Of a stretch of DNA of 64,000 bases, positions 12,693 to 24,954 are shown in pieces; within the stretch, counting starts at the first letter, position 1, and every line of letters starts with the position of its first letter. The stretch spans positions 335,110,001-335,174,000 of the forward strand of contig OZ024743.1 in the NCBI GenBank assembly GCA_964016885.1, given 5' to 3'. Under the pieces are notes generated by a model, which was not told where the DNA came from, did not search any database, and worked only from the letters and a program-made list of their open reading frames with translations. Source of the DNA: Eledone cirrhosa (Eukaryota). A program made the position numbers and the translations under genes.

Positions 12693-13623
12693 TATATAAT
12701 TATTCAGTCTAAAATAGTTTCAGCTATGAATATAAGATGTGTTATGGTATTTCACGGTGGGAAAGGTTTTGTGTTGGTTAACAGTCGAAGTTTGAAAAAG
12801 CATAAACTTTAGCTGTTAGAAGTAGAAGGAAAAGATTATAAATGTTATGGTACTTATTTTGTTTCTTCTCGTGTGTGGTTTAGAGTTTGAATGGTAGAGG
12901 TTTTATACATTACATAAATGATTTAAGCGTTGATTAACGGTCTTTTTTGAAGCCTTAGTAGATAAATCTTTTCCTTCCAAGTTTATTGACAGAACTAGCA
13001 ACGGCAGTGCTATCTCACAACGATCACCAATGTATGATTTCCCTATATATTTTCCCATTAATATTCTAAGAAACCCCTATTATAATTAACCTATTACTTC
13101 ACATTATATATTACACCTTAGTTACCTCTATTCATCTGGGTTTTTTTACACAGAATGAAAAGACCAAAAGAAACACCCCACCCCATCTTATATACCTAAA
13201 CATAACAATAACTCCTATCTTTAGAGGTCTTCCGTTTAAGAGAAATAAACGAACATAACCATTTCAAGATGACCGGACTGAAGATTTGATAAAGGCAGCT
13301 TGACATATCAACGAAACACGAACCTTTAAGAAGGTTTATCTACAATAATTTATAACTCTACCGGTTTCTCACGTTTCATGATTTTCAAAAGTTGCAAGAG
13401 ATGGCGAGATGTGTCACTATGCTGACTTGTAAATATATGTATATATATATATATATGTATGCGAAAAGTAAACAACGGAAAACAACACAACAAACGATAT
13501 TGTACAATGGAGATATATATTAGTTTAACGCTTGAGATATATATCTCTAAATCTACTTTGCATTTACCCATACATTGAGTACTCCCATAATTAGTGGTCT
13601 CCCCGGTCTCAACACCACAGACG

Positions 13624-13738
<115 letters not shown>

Positions 13739-13801
13739 AATTGTGTGTGAATAATATATAAGCGGGAGAGAACGCTAAATAACTACCAAATATATATTAG
13801 A

Positions 13802-14918
13802 CTAGCAGTAAAGCCCGGCGTTGCTCGGGGTCGCTCAGTAGCTGTGTTAAAGTTACAATGTTAAGTTTCTTTTTTGGCTTAAAAACTGTAGTGTCTACTG
13901 TGCAGACTTGCATGTGGTGTTTTTGATTAATATTCCCTCAACCAACAATATGCCTTATGAAGTTAAGAAAACATAACAATAACCCGAATGTTATAACAAA
14001 AGAGGATGCTGGGGATAGAAACTGCACTGGTTATTTATTAACAAAGATCGAAAATGTAAACACTGCAACGCAGAGAAAAACATTAGCGTAACCAAATTAT
14101 CAGTTATGTCTGTCTGCACGCCTATATCACCTCTCTGCACGACTGTCTGTCTGCACGCCTATATCACCTCTCTGCACGACTATCTGTCTGCACGCGTATA
14201 TCACCTCTCTGCACGACCGTCTGTCTGCACGCGTATATCACCTCTCTGCACGACTGTCTGTCTGCACGCCTATATCACCTCTCTGCACGACTATCTGTCT
14301 GCACGACTGTCTGTCTGCACGCCTAACGAAATTTACAGATACAGCCCGGCGTTGCTCGGGGTCGCTCAGTAGCTGTGTTAAAGTTACAATGTTAAGTTTC
14401 TTTTTTGGCTTAAAGTCTGTCTGCACGCCTAACGAAATTTACAGATACATATATTTTAAATAAACTTATATAATTTTTGCTTTTTTTTACGAAATATTTG
14501 CTTGTTTTACGTAGTCTTTAAATAGACTTGTTTTCAAGTAAAAATATTGTTTTAAAAGGCTTTTAAATGGAAATGAAGCAAAACCGAAGCTTAGTGTTCG
14601 AACTGATGAATTTTGCAGTGTGTTAATGTCATTTTAAACGCTGAGAAAGCCAGCGTAATTTTTTTAATTTTTGCACGCAGACGCTCAATGTAAACAGAAC
14701 AAAGGGAAATAACTGATAACTTACGCTCAAAAATCGATACATTATATTCGATTTCGTCACATAGGGCGGGTCAATTTGAAATTTTTTTTTCCGATGTCTT
14801 CGCTAGGGCTCAATGTACAAGTATAGCAATTTCGGTGCAATTTCGTGAGAGATTCTAAGAGGAGATGTGTGCCAAAAATCGATAGACAGACAGACAACCA
14901 CAGTTTTATATATATAGA
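13802..14918 (-). mobile_element. Non-autonomous Helitron
   Basis: The - strand starts A|TCtatatatataaaac...gtctgtctgtct and ends with hairpin cccgagcaacgccggg followed by ...CTAG|T. These are canonical TC/CTAG ends in an AT target. Confidence 0.85.
14109..14325. repeat. 37-bp minisatellite inside the Helitron
   Basis: tctgtctgcacgcctatatcacctctctgcacgactg, about 5.5 copies. Confidence 0.9.
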
Positions 14919-15109
14919 TTGTGTGGGTTGTCGAGACATCGGCAGATAGTGTTCTACCATTATCACCTGTTCTTTCACATTTGTGACAAAACGTACGAAT
15001 TCTAAAACATCCCAGATCATCTACTTGAAAATATTGATACCTTGCATCTCTATCTATTCCAAGGATGAGTGTTCCAGTTAAACCAATGAACGGTTCAACA
15101 TACTCATGA

Positions 15110-15280
15110 AATTAACTTGTAAGTGGCTGAGCATTACACAGGCACGTCTACCCCTAACGTAAAGCTGGTCCTTTGAATATCAGGTACAATTCATATTTTT
15201 CATCTGTGTGGGACGAAGCACTATGAAATAAAGTGTATTGCTCAAAGACACAAAAAACCGCCCGGCCCAAGATTGAACTT
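15110..15280 (-). mobile_element. Second SINE family, degenerate (+ copy about 32840-32990)
   Basis: aagtggctgagc...cctttgaatatcaggtacaa...ttgctcaaagacac, matching the reverse complement of 32890-32990. Confidence 0.5.
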
Positions 15281-16589
15281 TTTATTTTAATACAGTTTAT
15301 TTGATAAAAGGAGAAAAAATGCACGATATATTTCAAATCTCTTAACACTCATTGTCTTGACACAAACCTTGGTCGAACCAATAAGGGAAACTCTAAATAT
15401 TTCCTTAACCGGCGACAAATAGCCACCAAATATTCCACAAATCACATCTCTTAACATTAAAAAAAAAGACACATTGTGTTTTACAGTGGCAGGTGTAAAC
15501 AACATACGTAAGTGATCACGCTACAATCTTTAGCTCATATGTTCGTTTTTTATGTAATTCAAGTAAACAGAGTTGATATTCATAGAAAAATGAGAAATTC
15601 AACGCTAGAACAGCCATTAAAACAGCCAAATGCTGTCAAAGACAGCGATGAGGAAAATGCCTCAGAGAACAAATAGGAGTGGTCAACAGAGAGACAATCC
15701 ACGAGGTGGGTGACAAGTAGATGAAATATAGAAAAGATTGAAAGATGGGAAGGAGAGGGAGAAGTGGGTTGGTTCATAGCAGTGACTGGCAGAAGGACAT
15801 AAGAAAGGCGATGTAGAAGAAAAGTTCACACACACACATCTTCACCCACATCAGCTCTCAAATTAACAGAATGGTTTCGGACAATGGTGGTAAAGCGCCG
15901 GATTGAAATTGTCTTCCAAATCGTAATCTGATGTTTACTTCGTTTCTTATGAATTCAATTTATCACTTACATGTTGATAGTTTTATCAAATATACGTTAT
16001 ACATATATCTATACGCTGAGATAAATTTATATATCTATATTATAAATATATCTATAAGCATAAATAACCAAAGGGCTATTTATGTTATACTAAATAATGA
16101 GATGTAAACAAAATAAACATCGAAAAAATAGGGTGAGTCGAAATAAATGAGATGACAGTAAATACGATGTTGATGAATATAAAGAGGATAATTTCTGGAA
16201 ATTTTCGATGAGATATCGACAATTAATTTTTCCTGAAGTTACATAGTTACAATTTGCAAGTTGTTTCCTGAGTGTTGTTTATGTCACATACATTATGTTT
16301 ACTCACAGAAACTCACTCACACACATAAATACATATATAGAGACATACATACATACACGCGTACATACACACGTCTTTCGTAATAAATATGATTTGTAGT
16401 AAAAAAAATATGGCTACACTAAAACAAGTGTTATTTTTTTCTATAACCATCCACAAGAGATTTGATAAATAAGTGTACAAATATACAAATTAGTTCATAT
16501 TTACTGGGGAAATTTCACGTAAACAGTTTATCGATGCTTATAGATGCTTAAAGATGCTATATATATATATATATATATATATACATAAG

Positions 16590-16624
<35 letters not shown>

Positions 16625-17019
16625 CTTCCCTATATAGATATATAAACTTGGAAAATTTGTTGATGGAAAATATGTTGAACAGCGTAAATCAATTTAATAT
16701 TTGATACTTACTGAAATCTCATCAGGAGAGTCTAAATCCTTGCCCCTCCCCGGAGTAGTACATAACTAACCCATATATAAAATCCTCTAAATGTAGTATC
16801 AACAACGAAATGGTTTTTCAATGTACAAAGTAATTCATAATTACGACCTTTTTACATGTCTATATGCTCGGTGTTATATGTATATAGGTATTCCGACAGT
16901 TTCGGTTACTTCTTTAAAATATCTGTTCGGATATATTTATCATATAGCTCGGCTACACAGTACAAATTTGTATAGTGTTGGTGGAAAGAAACACACAATT
17001 GAAAATTACCTATAGCTTT

Positions 17020-17450
17020 TGGCCTACTGTGACCACTTCGAACAAGATCTATGACCTTATATTTATGCAAGGTTGGCTCCTCCTTATTTTTCACCCAGTG
17101 TCAGTAAGTGGCTTCATGTAAAATTTCCAGGAGGCTCACATGACTGGCCAGCAGGAAGCACTGAGTTAATGCCATGAGATTATTTCCGGTAGAGGTGGCC
17201 GAATGAAGAAGTTTACTGTTCAAAACCAAAACCTCTGACTGAACTGGAAGAACGCATTCATCATGTAATGACCAGTATAGCATTATGAAGTCAGTCGAAG
17301 ATATACCCTGACGATTACAAACACCGACCCCACAAAGCTGGTACCTATGTCAAATGTACTGTACTCCGACTATTATACTGTTTAAAATAAAATATTAATT
17401 TAAAGTTATTAATTTTAAATACGGAGTTTCTTTCTAACCCGCCTGTTTAT
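17020..17450 (+). mobile_element. Possible Tc1/mariner 3' remnant
   Basis: Hand translation gives KP..ELEERIHHV..SVEDIP.RL..AGTYV-like C-terminal residues, then a putative TIR ending ...cctgt + TA. Heavily decayed. Confidence 0.3.
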
Positions 17451-18489
17451 ATACTGAAAGTAGCTACTAGCATAAGCACTAATAACGTACAAATTATTAT
17501 CTCATTGCATCAGTAAAGCTACTCAAGAATTGAGTATTCTACTAATCATACTTTGCAATAGCTTCCCTGCGTTGTGTTTTGAAACTGAAGTGTTATGAAG
17601 TCCATCCTAAACCTACCCACTCTGCGCTGCACTTATCTCCCCTTTTTTCTAAAGTAGTCTCTTGCACGTCAACGCCTTTTCTTACGCTCGATTTCCTCCC
17701 TATCAACAATATTTATTGGACCGCACCAACAAAGAAATCCGCGTAAATCCTGATCGAAAATACCATTATGAACTGCAAAAATAATCGAATGTTTTCTGTA
17801 TTAGTGAATGGAAAACTGATCTATGTCTCACTCAAATCATATAATCTGAATTACTATTCTATTTTTATTATGCTTCATGTGGCTTCGAGTCATCTCGACA
17901 CGCCCAAGGAACCCTGGCATCTATCTTTCAAGCAATAGGTAACATGCTAAGCTGTCCAAATTGGCGAAGGCTATATTTCTCTTTGCTCATTAGCACCTGC
18001 ATGCTCTGACAAGGATAAGACCCGAATTGTGGTTCCGTCTTTTCACACCTACTACAATAGTCTCACCAATACTCCGAGGACGTAGGATTAATGTTCCTAG
18101 ATCTTGCAATGGATATCATTGTTGTCTTTGACACTATTCATAATGATTTCAAGTTTTTTCACTATGAGACCAGAGAGGTCAAAACCCATACCAATTTAAG
18201 GTGAAAGTAAATCATGAGTGATCAGTCGCGTGGTGGATATCGCGATGGAAGTCAAGTTGTTTTCTTTAGATATATTTACAACTCCCAGCCTGTTTTGAGT
18301 AAACAATTTTTTCGCAAACCTATATGGATGTAAAAACACATGTGTTAATTTAGGTTGTAAGTATATAAGTGGCAAGGTCAATGTCGGAGATATTTGAATT
18401 GAAAGGGGACTTAATTATACACAATAGAGATAAATTCTCTATAAGTTTACCCTGCAAGAGATCTTCCTCTTTATGCTATACTAAAACAC

Positions 18490-18835
18490 ATGTAGGGTCT
18501 TATGAGTAACGCTACTCGATAGAGTGCGTAGCTTGCAGACCAGAGAGTCGCTCGAGGTAAACCTACTATTTCTCCAAATTGAGAGATTAAAGATCCGATA
18601 CTATGGACACATGGTAAGAATGTCTAAGGAAAGAATCATTGAAGAGAATTTACAGAGAAAGCCAACTGGCAGAAGACCAAAAGGTAGATTACGAGCTAAA
18701 TTATTGTATAACATACCTAAGCGCGGTTGGCATCGCTTGGGGATCCACCCAGGTTAATTGGAAACGGTAGGTCTGATAGAAGCATCTAAAAAGCACGTCT
18801 GAGGACTCTACCTCCTTTAGAGATACGAGAAAGAA
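18490..18835 (+). mobile_element. RTE-clade LINE 3' fragment
   Basis: ORF 18524-18757: IE..KIRYYGHMVRM..ER......KPTGRRPKGR (the RTE 'GH..RM...G.R..GRP' C-terminus). Confidence 0.7.
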
Positions 18836-18919
18836 GAAGACAATGAACGACAACTAAGACACCTCACAACCATCAGCTTAAATATACCAATAAGACGTGA
18901 TTTTATAGAGAGTATAAAT

Positions 18920-19110
18920 TTAATATAAAGAATGGACTGCTCATGCGCGGAGATGCTATAAAATAGTTCATAAGTTAGGATGAAGACACTTAAAGATAGA
19001 CAAGTTTGTCGACTGATAGCAACCTCTTTTCCGGTCTTTAAGGATATTCACCCTATTTTATAAACTATTTTGTAGTATCTCCGCGCATGAGCACTCCATT
19101 CTTTATAGTA
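18920..19110. repeat. Fold-back inverted repeat
   Basis: aaagaatggactgctcatgcgcggagatgctataaaatagtt pairs with aactattttgtagtatctccgcgcatgagcactccattcttt. Confidence 0.75.
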
Positions 19111-19439
19111 ACTATATCCCCCAACGCTGCGTAAAAGTCCGAGAGATCGGTTTCGTATAGATAATATAACATAAAATATTTTTTCTGATATAGTGGTGTA
19201 ATCCATTACAAGTATGAAATGCATTAATAGCAATATATAACTTGGACTTGGACCACGATGGAAGGAAAATAAACTCCTGGTGCGAACTTCCATATCAATC
19301 TTCTTTGGAATAGGGGTCTTTTTGATATGACAAACAAGGAAATAATATATTTCAATTAATGGAAATACTTTTAGATTCAATAGTGTTAGAGTCGGTTGAA
19401 TTACGAGATTACATGGAGAGACAGGAAGCCATTAATATC

Positions 19440-19628
19440 ATTATTTTTAATTTTGGCAGGAGGCCAGCAATTACCCAGTGCATTACTGGTGCTTTATTTT
19501 ATCTACCCCGTAAGGATGAAAGGCAAAGTTAACCTCGGCGGGATTTGAACTCAGATCATAAAGGGGTGTAACTCTGTGCTGCAAAGCATGGCGTCCGACC
19601 CTCTACAGATTCTGCCAATCCACCGCCA
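19440..19628 (-). mobile_element. tRNA-derived SINE (same family as 8886)
   Basis: Reverse-complement match. Confidence 0.85.
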
Positions 19629-20451
19629 TTAATATAAGGATTACGTCAATTATTTCGTCTTTAATCTTCTCTCTATGTATACACACACACACACATATAT
19701 ATATATATGCGTGTGTGTATGTGTGTATATATATGTGTGTGTGTGTATATATATATGTGTGTGTATATATATCTATGTATATATGTATGTATACATATGT
19801 ATATATATATATATGTGTGTGTATGTATATATATATATGTATATATGTATATATATATATGTAAATACATATATATATATATGTGTATGTATATATATAT
19901 ATATATGTATGTATATATGTATGTATATATATGTGTGTAGATATATATATATGTGTGTGTGTGTGTGTATGTGTCTGTGTGTGTGTACAGATAGTATATG
20001 TTTTCATATATGTATGTGTGTTATGAGTATATTTCTCTAGCTATTTATCTACGTATCCATCAATTCTTATTCGCCAAATTAAATAAAAACACATTTCTTA
20101 AAGTTCATAGATTGATTATACTTCCAATACTTTCATGTTTCTTTGAATTTATTTGATGTTTTCGAACATTCTTTCAAATTTGTTTACAAGAAAATACAGA
20201 TAAGATTAAAACATTTTCTACGATTTCCATATTATGAAACGATCCTCGATCGCTCTCATTGGTAGGTATTCCTTTTATTAGAAGTGACTGAATACTCCAC
20301 AGACACATAGAGAGATTCAGCCTGACAAGAACAATCAGTCTGACAGGCTTCCACACAGTTTCCGTCTACCCAATTTCATTCACAGAAATGACTCGCCCTG
20401 TGGCTATGGTAAATTACATTTTCTTATGTTCTCAAGTATCCATTATATCCG

Positions 20452-21695
20452 TTATGTATTTTTTCATATTGTTCGCTACATTATCTCCGATGATTTCAGA
20501 AGTTTCAGGTGCGTGAGGCAATTATATTGTGTATAAATTAGAAAGCATATTGTATAATACGAATCAACTATTGATGGTCTGTTATGGTCCCGTAACTCCC
20601 GATGGAGTCGTAAGGGCATAGTGGCATACGTCGACCTCCCAGAGAGACTAGGGATCTGCATCTCACTTATATTGAGTCCCACGTCCTACCGGGAGCATTT
20701 TATATTAGTGCCAGAACAAGAGAGGTTGTCATGTCTTTGACACAACTAAACCCTTTGTTTAGCAAACTTTCTACGGCTCGATGCTTTTCGTATTACCAAC
20801 TCTTGCTATCACCTATAATCGAACCTAGGACCTAATCATTACCAAGAGAACTCCTTAACAATTTGGTCATATAGCATTCATAAAATATAAGTTCGAGTTC
20901 AATGTTATCTGCTCACTACATAGAATCATTTTCCTTTTTAATGAATTATATGTTTTAGCTAACACTAGATCATTACTATGGACTGTGAATTGGCAGAGTC
21001 GTTAGAGCGTCGGATAGAATGATTTGTGGTAGTCGTTACGGCTCTCTTCTCTCTGAGTTAAAATCCTGCCGAGGTCAACTTTACTTTTCATCTTTTCGAG
21101 GTCAATAAAAATAAGTAGCAGTATATTACTGGGTTTGATTCTTTCCCTTTCTCACTTTTTTTCTCTTTCTCACTCTCTATCTTTCTCTGGAAGAAATCTG
21201 CTGTGTTTAAAATGCACCAACGAAACGAAGTGTGCCACTACGGCGCCTTAACGATTCCATCAGGAGTTACGAGACCATCAATAGTTGATTCGTATTATAC
21301 AATATACTTTCTAATTTATACACAATATAATTTCACCTGAAACTTCTGAAATCATCGGAGATAATGTAGCGAACAATTTTTAAAAATACATAACTTAACT
21401 TTCATACGAAGTGATTTACACCATCACCATCATCATTTAACTTCCACTTTCCCTGCTAGTAAGGGTTGAACGAGCCTTCAGAGACTGAGTTAGTACTGAA
21501 GCAAAGCTATTGACCTCTCAAAGAGACTAGGGATCTGCATCTCACTTATATTGAGTCCCACGTCCTACCGGGTGCATTTTATAGTAATGCCAGAACAAGA
21601 GTGGTTGTCATGTCTTTGACACAACTAAACCCTTTGCTTAGCAAACTTTCTACGGCTCGATACTTTTCGTATTACCAACTCTTCTTATCACCTAT
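20452..21695. repeat. Interleaved inverted (20452-20630 / 21230-21395) and direct (20640-20815 / 21520-21695) duplications
   Basis: Both pairs are readable by eye at high identity. A SINE copy (20980-21135, +) lies between them. Confidence 0.8.
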
Positions 21696-22434
21696 TTTAA
21701 TGACTGTATGCCAGAAAATATTGATAATCTAAAGTGTTGATATTTTCATACTTGTTATAGATTTTAAAATGTTGCTGAAACTAAACACGATTTTAAGATT
21801 TTTAGCAATATTTGTGAGGGAAATATCAAATTACACTTGCTTCGATCTGAAAATCATTAGATCCCCAGCAGCACTTTAGCTTCAAATATCGATTCTACAA
21901 AAAAAATCTGATTCTCCTCGTATTGCTAATAGTTTTGGACATTGTATAGCACATTGCTTCAGTTTAATTCCTCGTTCGCTTTTCTATATTATTGGTTATA
22001 TAGTATTCGCTACATATTTGTCAATCCTCGTTACTTGATGTTAACATACGATATTCTTATTTCTTCTTTTTATCATGATTTTAGGTTGTCGTGTATATTT
22101 TTCGACAAAATTGTATTTGAAAAGTTGAATGACTAGATGAAGTTAGACAGAGAAAAGTCATCAATCCTCTATATTAAATACGCAACATATATCACTAGTG
22201 GACGCAGCATAGCCGAATGAATAAGGACTGTGGTTCGCAACCAGTAGGTTCCATGATCCACCCGACTGCCTCACATCTTTGGAAAGTGTAATTTACCATA
22301 GACTCAGGCTGGTCTATGCCCAGTGGATATTGGATAGACAAACTCCCTCTGGGAATTATATAAAGGATATGAATAGGCTGCCACGTTGATCGAACAACTT
22401 GAACACTCATCGTTGGAACCGACGGAGGTCCACC

Positions 22435-22467
<33 letters not shown>

Positions 22468-22619
22468 TAGTAACACAACTGTTAGTTCTCCATACCGAGA
22501 ACGATTATTGTTTCACCTGATGCGTATCTTCAGCTGAAGATCCGCATAAGGTTACTACTTCTACCAAACTCGTCGCATGGACTGAGTGCTCTACCACTAC
22601 GGATATTACCTTCCAGCGT

Positions 22620-22700
<81 letters not shown>

Positions 22701-22739
22701 ATAATATATATGTGTATGTATATATATATATATACATAT

Positions 22740-22927
22740 AATTGTTTCTACTTTAGGCACAAGGCCAGCAATTACCCAGTGCATTACTGGTACTTTATTT
22801 TATCGACCCCGTAAGGATGAAAGGCAAAGTCAACCTCGGTGGGATTTGAACTCATATCGTAAAGGGGCGCAACTATGCTGGAAAGCATGGCGTCCGACAC
22901 TCTACCGATACTGCCAATCCACCGCCT
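22740..22927 (-). mobile_element. tRNA-derived SINE (same family as 8886)
   Basis: Reverse-complement match. Confidence 0.85.
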
Positions 22928-22933
22928 ATATAT

Positions 22934-22969
22934 ACATATCATGGTTGGTTTATAATGATATATACATAA

Positions 22970-23017
<48 letters not shown>

Positions 23018-23033
23018 TGGTTGGTTTATTGTG

Positions 23034-23083
<50 letters not shown>

Positions 23084-23099
23084 TGGTTGGTTTATAGTG

Positions 23100-23149
<50 letters not shown>

Positions 23150-23165
23150 TGGTTGGTTTATAGTG

Positions 23166-23180
<15 letters not shown>
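22934..23180. repeat. Compound minisatellite: cata(t)aatggttggtttatagtgatatatataaa + (TA)n, x4
   Basis: Four copies visible. Confidence 0.85.
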
Positions 23181-23250
<70 letters not shown>

Positions 23251-23251
23251 A

Positions 23252-23298
<47 letters not shown>

Positions 23299-23299
23299 A

Positions 23300-23338
<39 letters not shown>

Positions 23339-23362
23339 TGCATACATACACACACACGCACA

Positions 23363-23399
<37 letters not shown>

Positions 23400-23400
<1 letters not shown>

Positions 23401-24182
23401 ATATAAAGAAATACACACATACATGCGGACACATACATATACATGAATATATCCACATATATCCCTGAATGTGTGGTGCCAACCTCAACCGATGTTGCTC
23501 TATGAATAACTGGGACAAAATAATCCGAATGGATTAGATTGATTCAGTATCAGAGCTGTATAATACATTAATGTTTCTTCTTTCTTTATAATGTATTATA
23601 TAGCTCTGATACTGAATCAATCTAATCTATTCGGATTATTTTGTCCCAGTTATTCATAGACCAACATCGTTTGAGGTTGGCACCACAAATTCAGGGATAT
23701 ATGTGGATATATTCATGTATATGTATGTGTCCGCATGTATCTGTGTATTTCTTTATATTATTTATAACTCCCTATGCTAGAGTAACCATTGAAGTGTAGT
23801 GACTGCAGGAAAGCTTATCATTACTCATACTTCTCGCCATCCTAGCCATCTCTTCTACGGCTTTGATATAAGTACCCCCGCCGCCTTTGTGGTATTTTTT
23901 CTTGGTTGTAAGATGCTTAGCTCTGTTTCTTGACCACTGTATCACGTGATTGACTCCCCCTCCGCCTTTCGGGATTCTATCTCGCGTGCTACGGATGTGT
24001 TTTGAAACTCTAAATGAGGTATCCTCTTGATAAGTCGGCAAACCTCACATGAAAGCTGAATCTCTGTGATGTAGTGTTTTTGCATAATATGCCACGAAAC
24101 TACGTAGTCGAGGAGTAATAAAGGAACTTAGGTATGGTATATCTTATTAATTATATCTAATGTTTCTTCTTTCTTTATAATG

Positions 24183-24190
<8 letters not shown>
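23400..24190. mobile_element. Non-autonomous PLE-like element of the 590-bp family (diverged copy) with U3-A8 HHR
   Basis: 23400-23570 is inverted relative to 23588-23758, and the whole is homologous to 62351-63565. Confidence 0.8.
24022..24114 (+). ncRNA. Type I hammerhead, U3-A8 core
   Basis: tcctc-TTGATAA-gtcggca...tgccac-GAAA-ctacgtag-TC-gagga. Confidence 0.75.
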
Positions 24191-24236
<46 letters not shown>

Positions 24237-24238
<2 letters not shown>

Positions 24239-24850
24239 GGTGGCTGCCAACTCGTTTTCGAGTACGGCCACTACTTTATATCCATGTCGGAGAACCCCTA
24301 CCGATGCGCTGAACGAGTGTGACTTTTTAGTCCAGCCAGCGACTTCAAAACTCTGGTACGAACACTACACTTGTGACAATTATTGACACATAGTGCTGGG
24401 CCCATGGCACCATGTGACGACAAGTGCAGAGAGATCTCCAGATATAAAGCAATGCCTGTGCCGGGAAGCTTTTATAGTGAGCAAAGGCACTGCACAAAGC
24501 CAGTCCAACTCTCTTAACCAAGATGATATTTACCAAAAAGAAGCACAAGTCAACATCATTGGATACCATCATGGTTGCAAGTGTTATATCAGAGTTTTCC
24601 TTCTCCTAGAATTCTGCCTTGACAAAGGCTAATAGGTCATCTCTCCCGGTGATTTTGGATGGCCATTGACTCTTAAGAGCTCCTTTACCCTTTGACAGGT
24701 TTTGTTTTTAGTCCTGCAGGATGTCCAAAGTCACCCTCCTCACCAAGAAACCTTGGTGGGGTTGCCAGTTTAGTCGCCAACGACCCGACCATGAGACAGG
24801 TTGTACTGGGATACATGTTACCAGTAGCACCACCTGGTGACCCGACATAA
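24237..24850 (-). mobile_element. Probable 5'UTR fragment of an RTE-like LINE
   Basis: The - strand motifs taaactggcaacccc and ttagcctt...ctaggagaaggaaaactctg resemble RTE 5' regions (from memory, unverified). No ORF. Confidence 0.35.
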
Positions 24851-24954
24851 ATATATATACATACATGCATACATACATACATACATACATACATACATAC
24901 ATACATACATACATACATACATACATACATACATACATACATACATACATACAT

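Noticed and set aside
22470-22545. CTGAAGA...GAAA on the - strand
   Set aside because: The predicted cleavage triplet is GUG and stem I is absent. At best a relic.
24755-24850. HDV-like or twister ribozyme in the putative RTE 5'UTR
   Set aside because: ccagt/actgg and a ctaa linker are suggestive, but P1/P3/P1.1 could not be assembled by hand. Needs a descriptor search.
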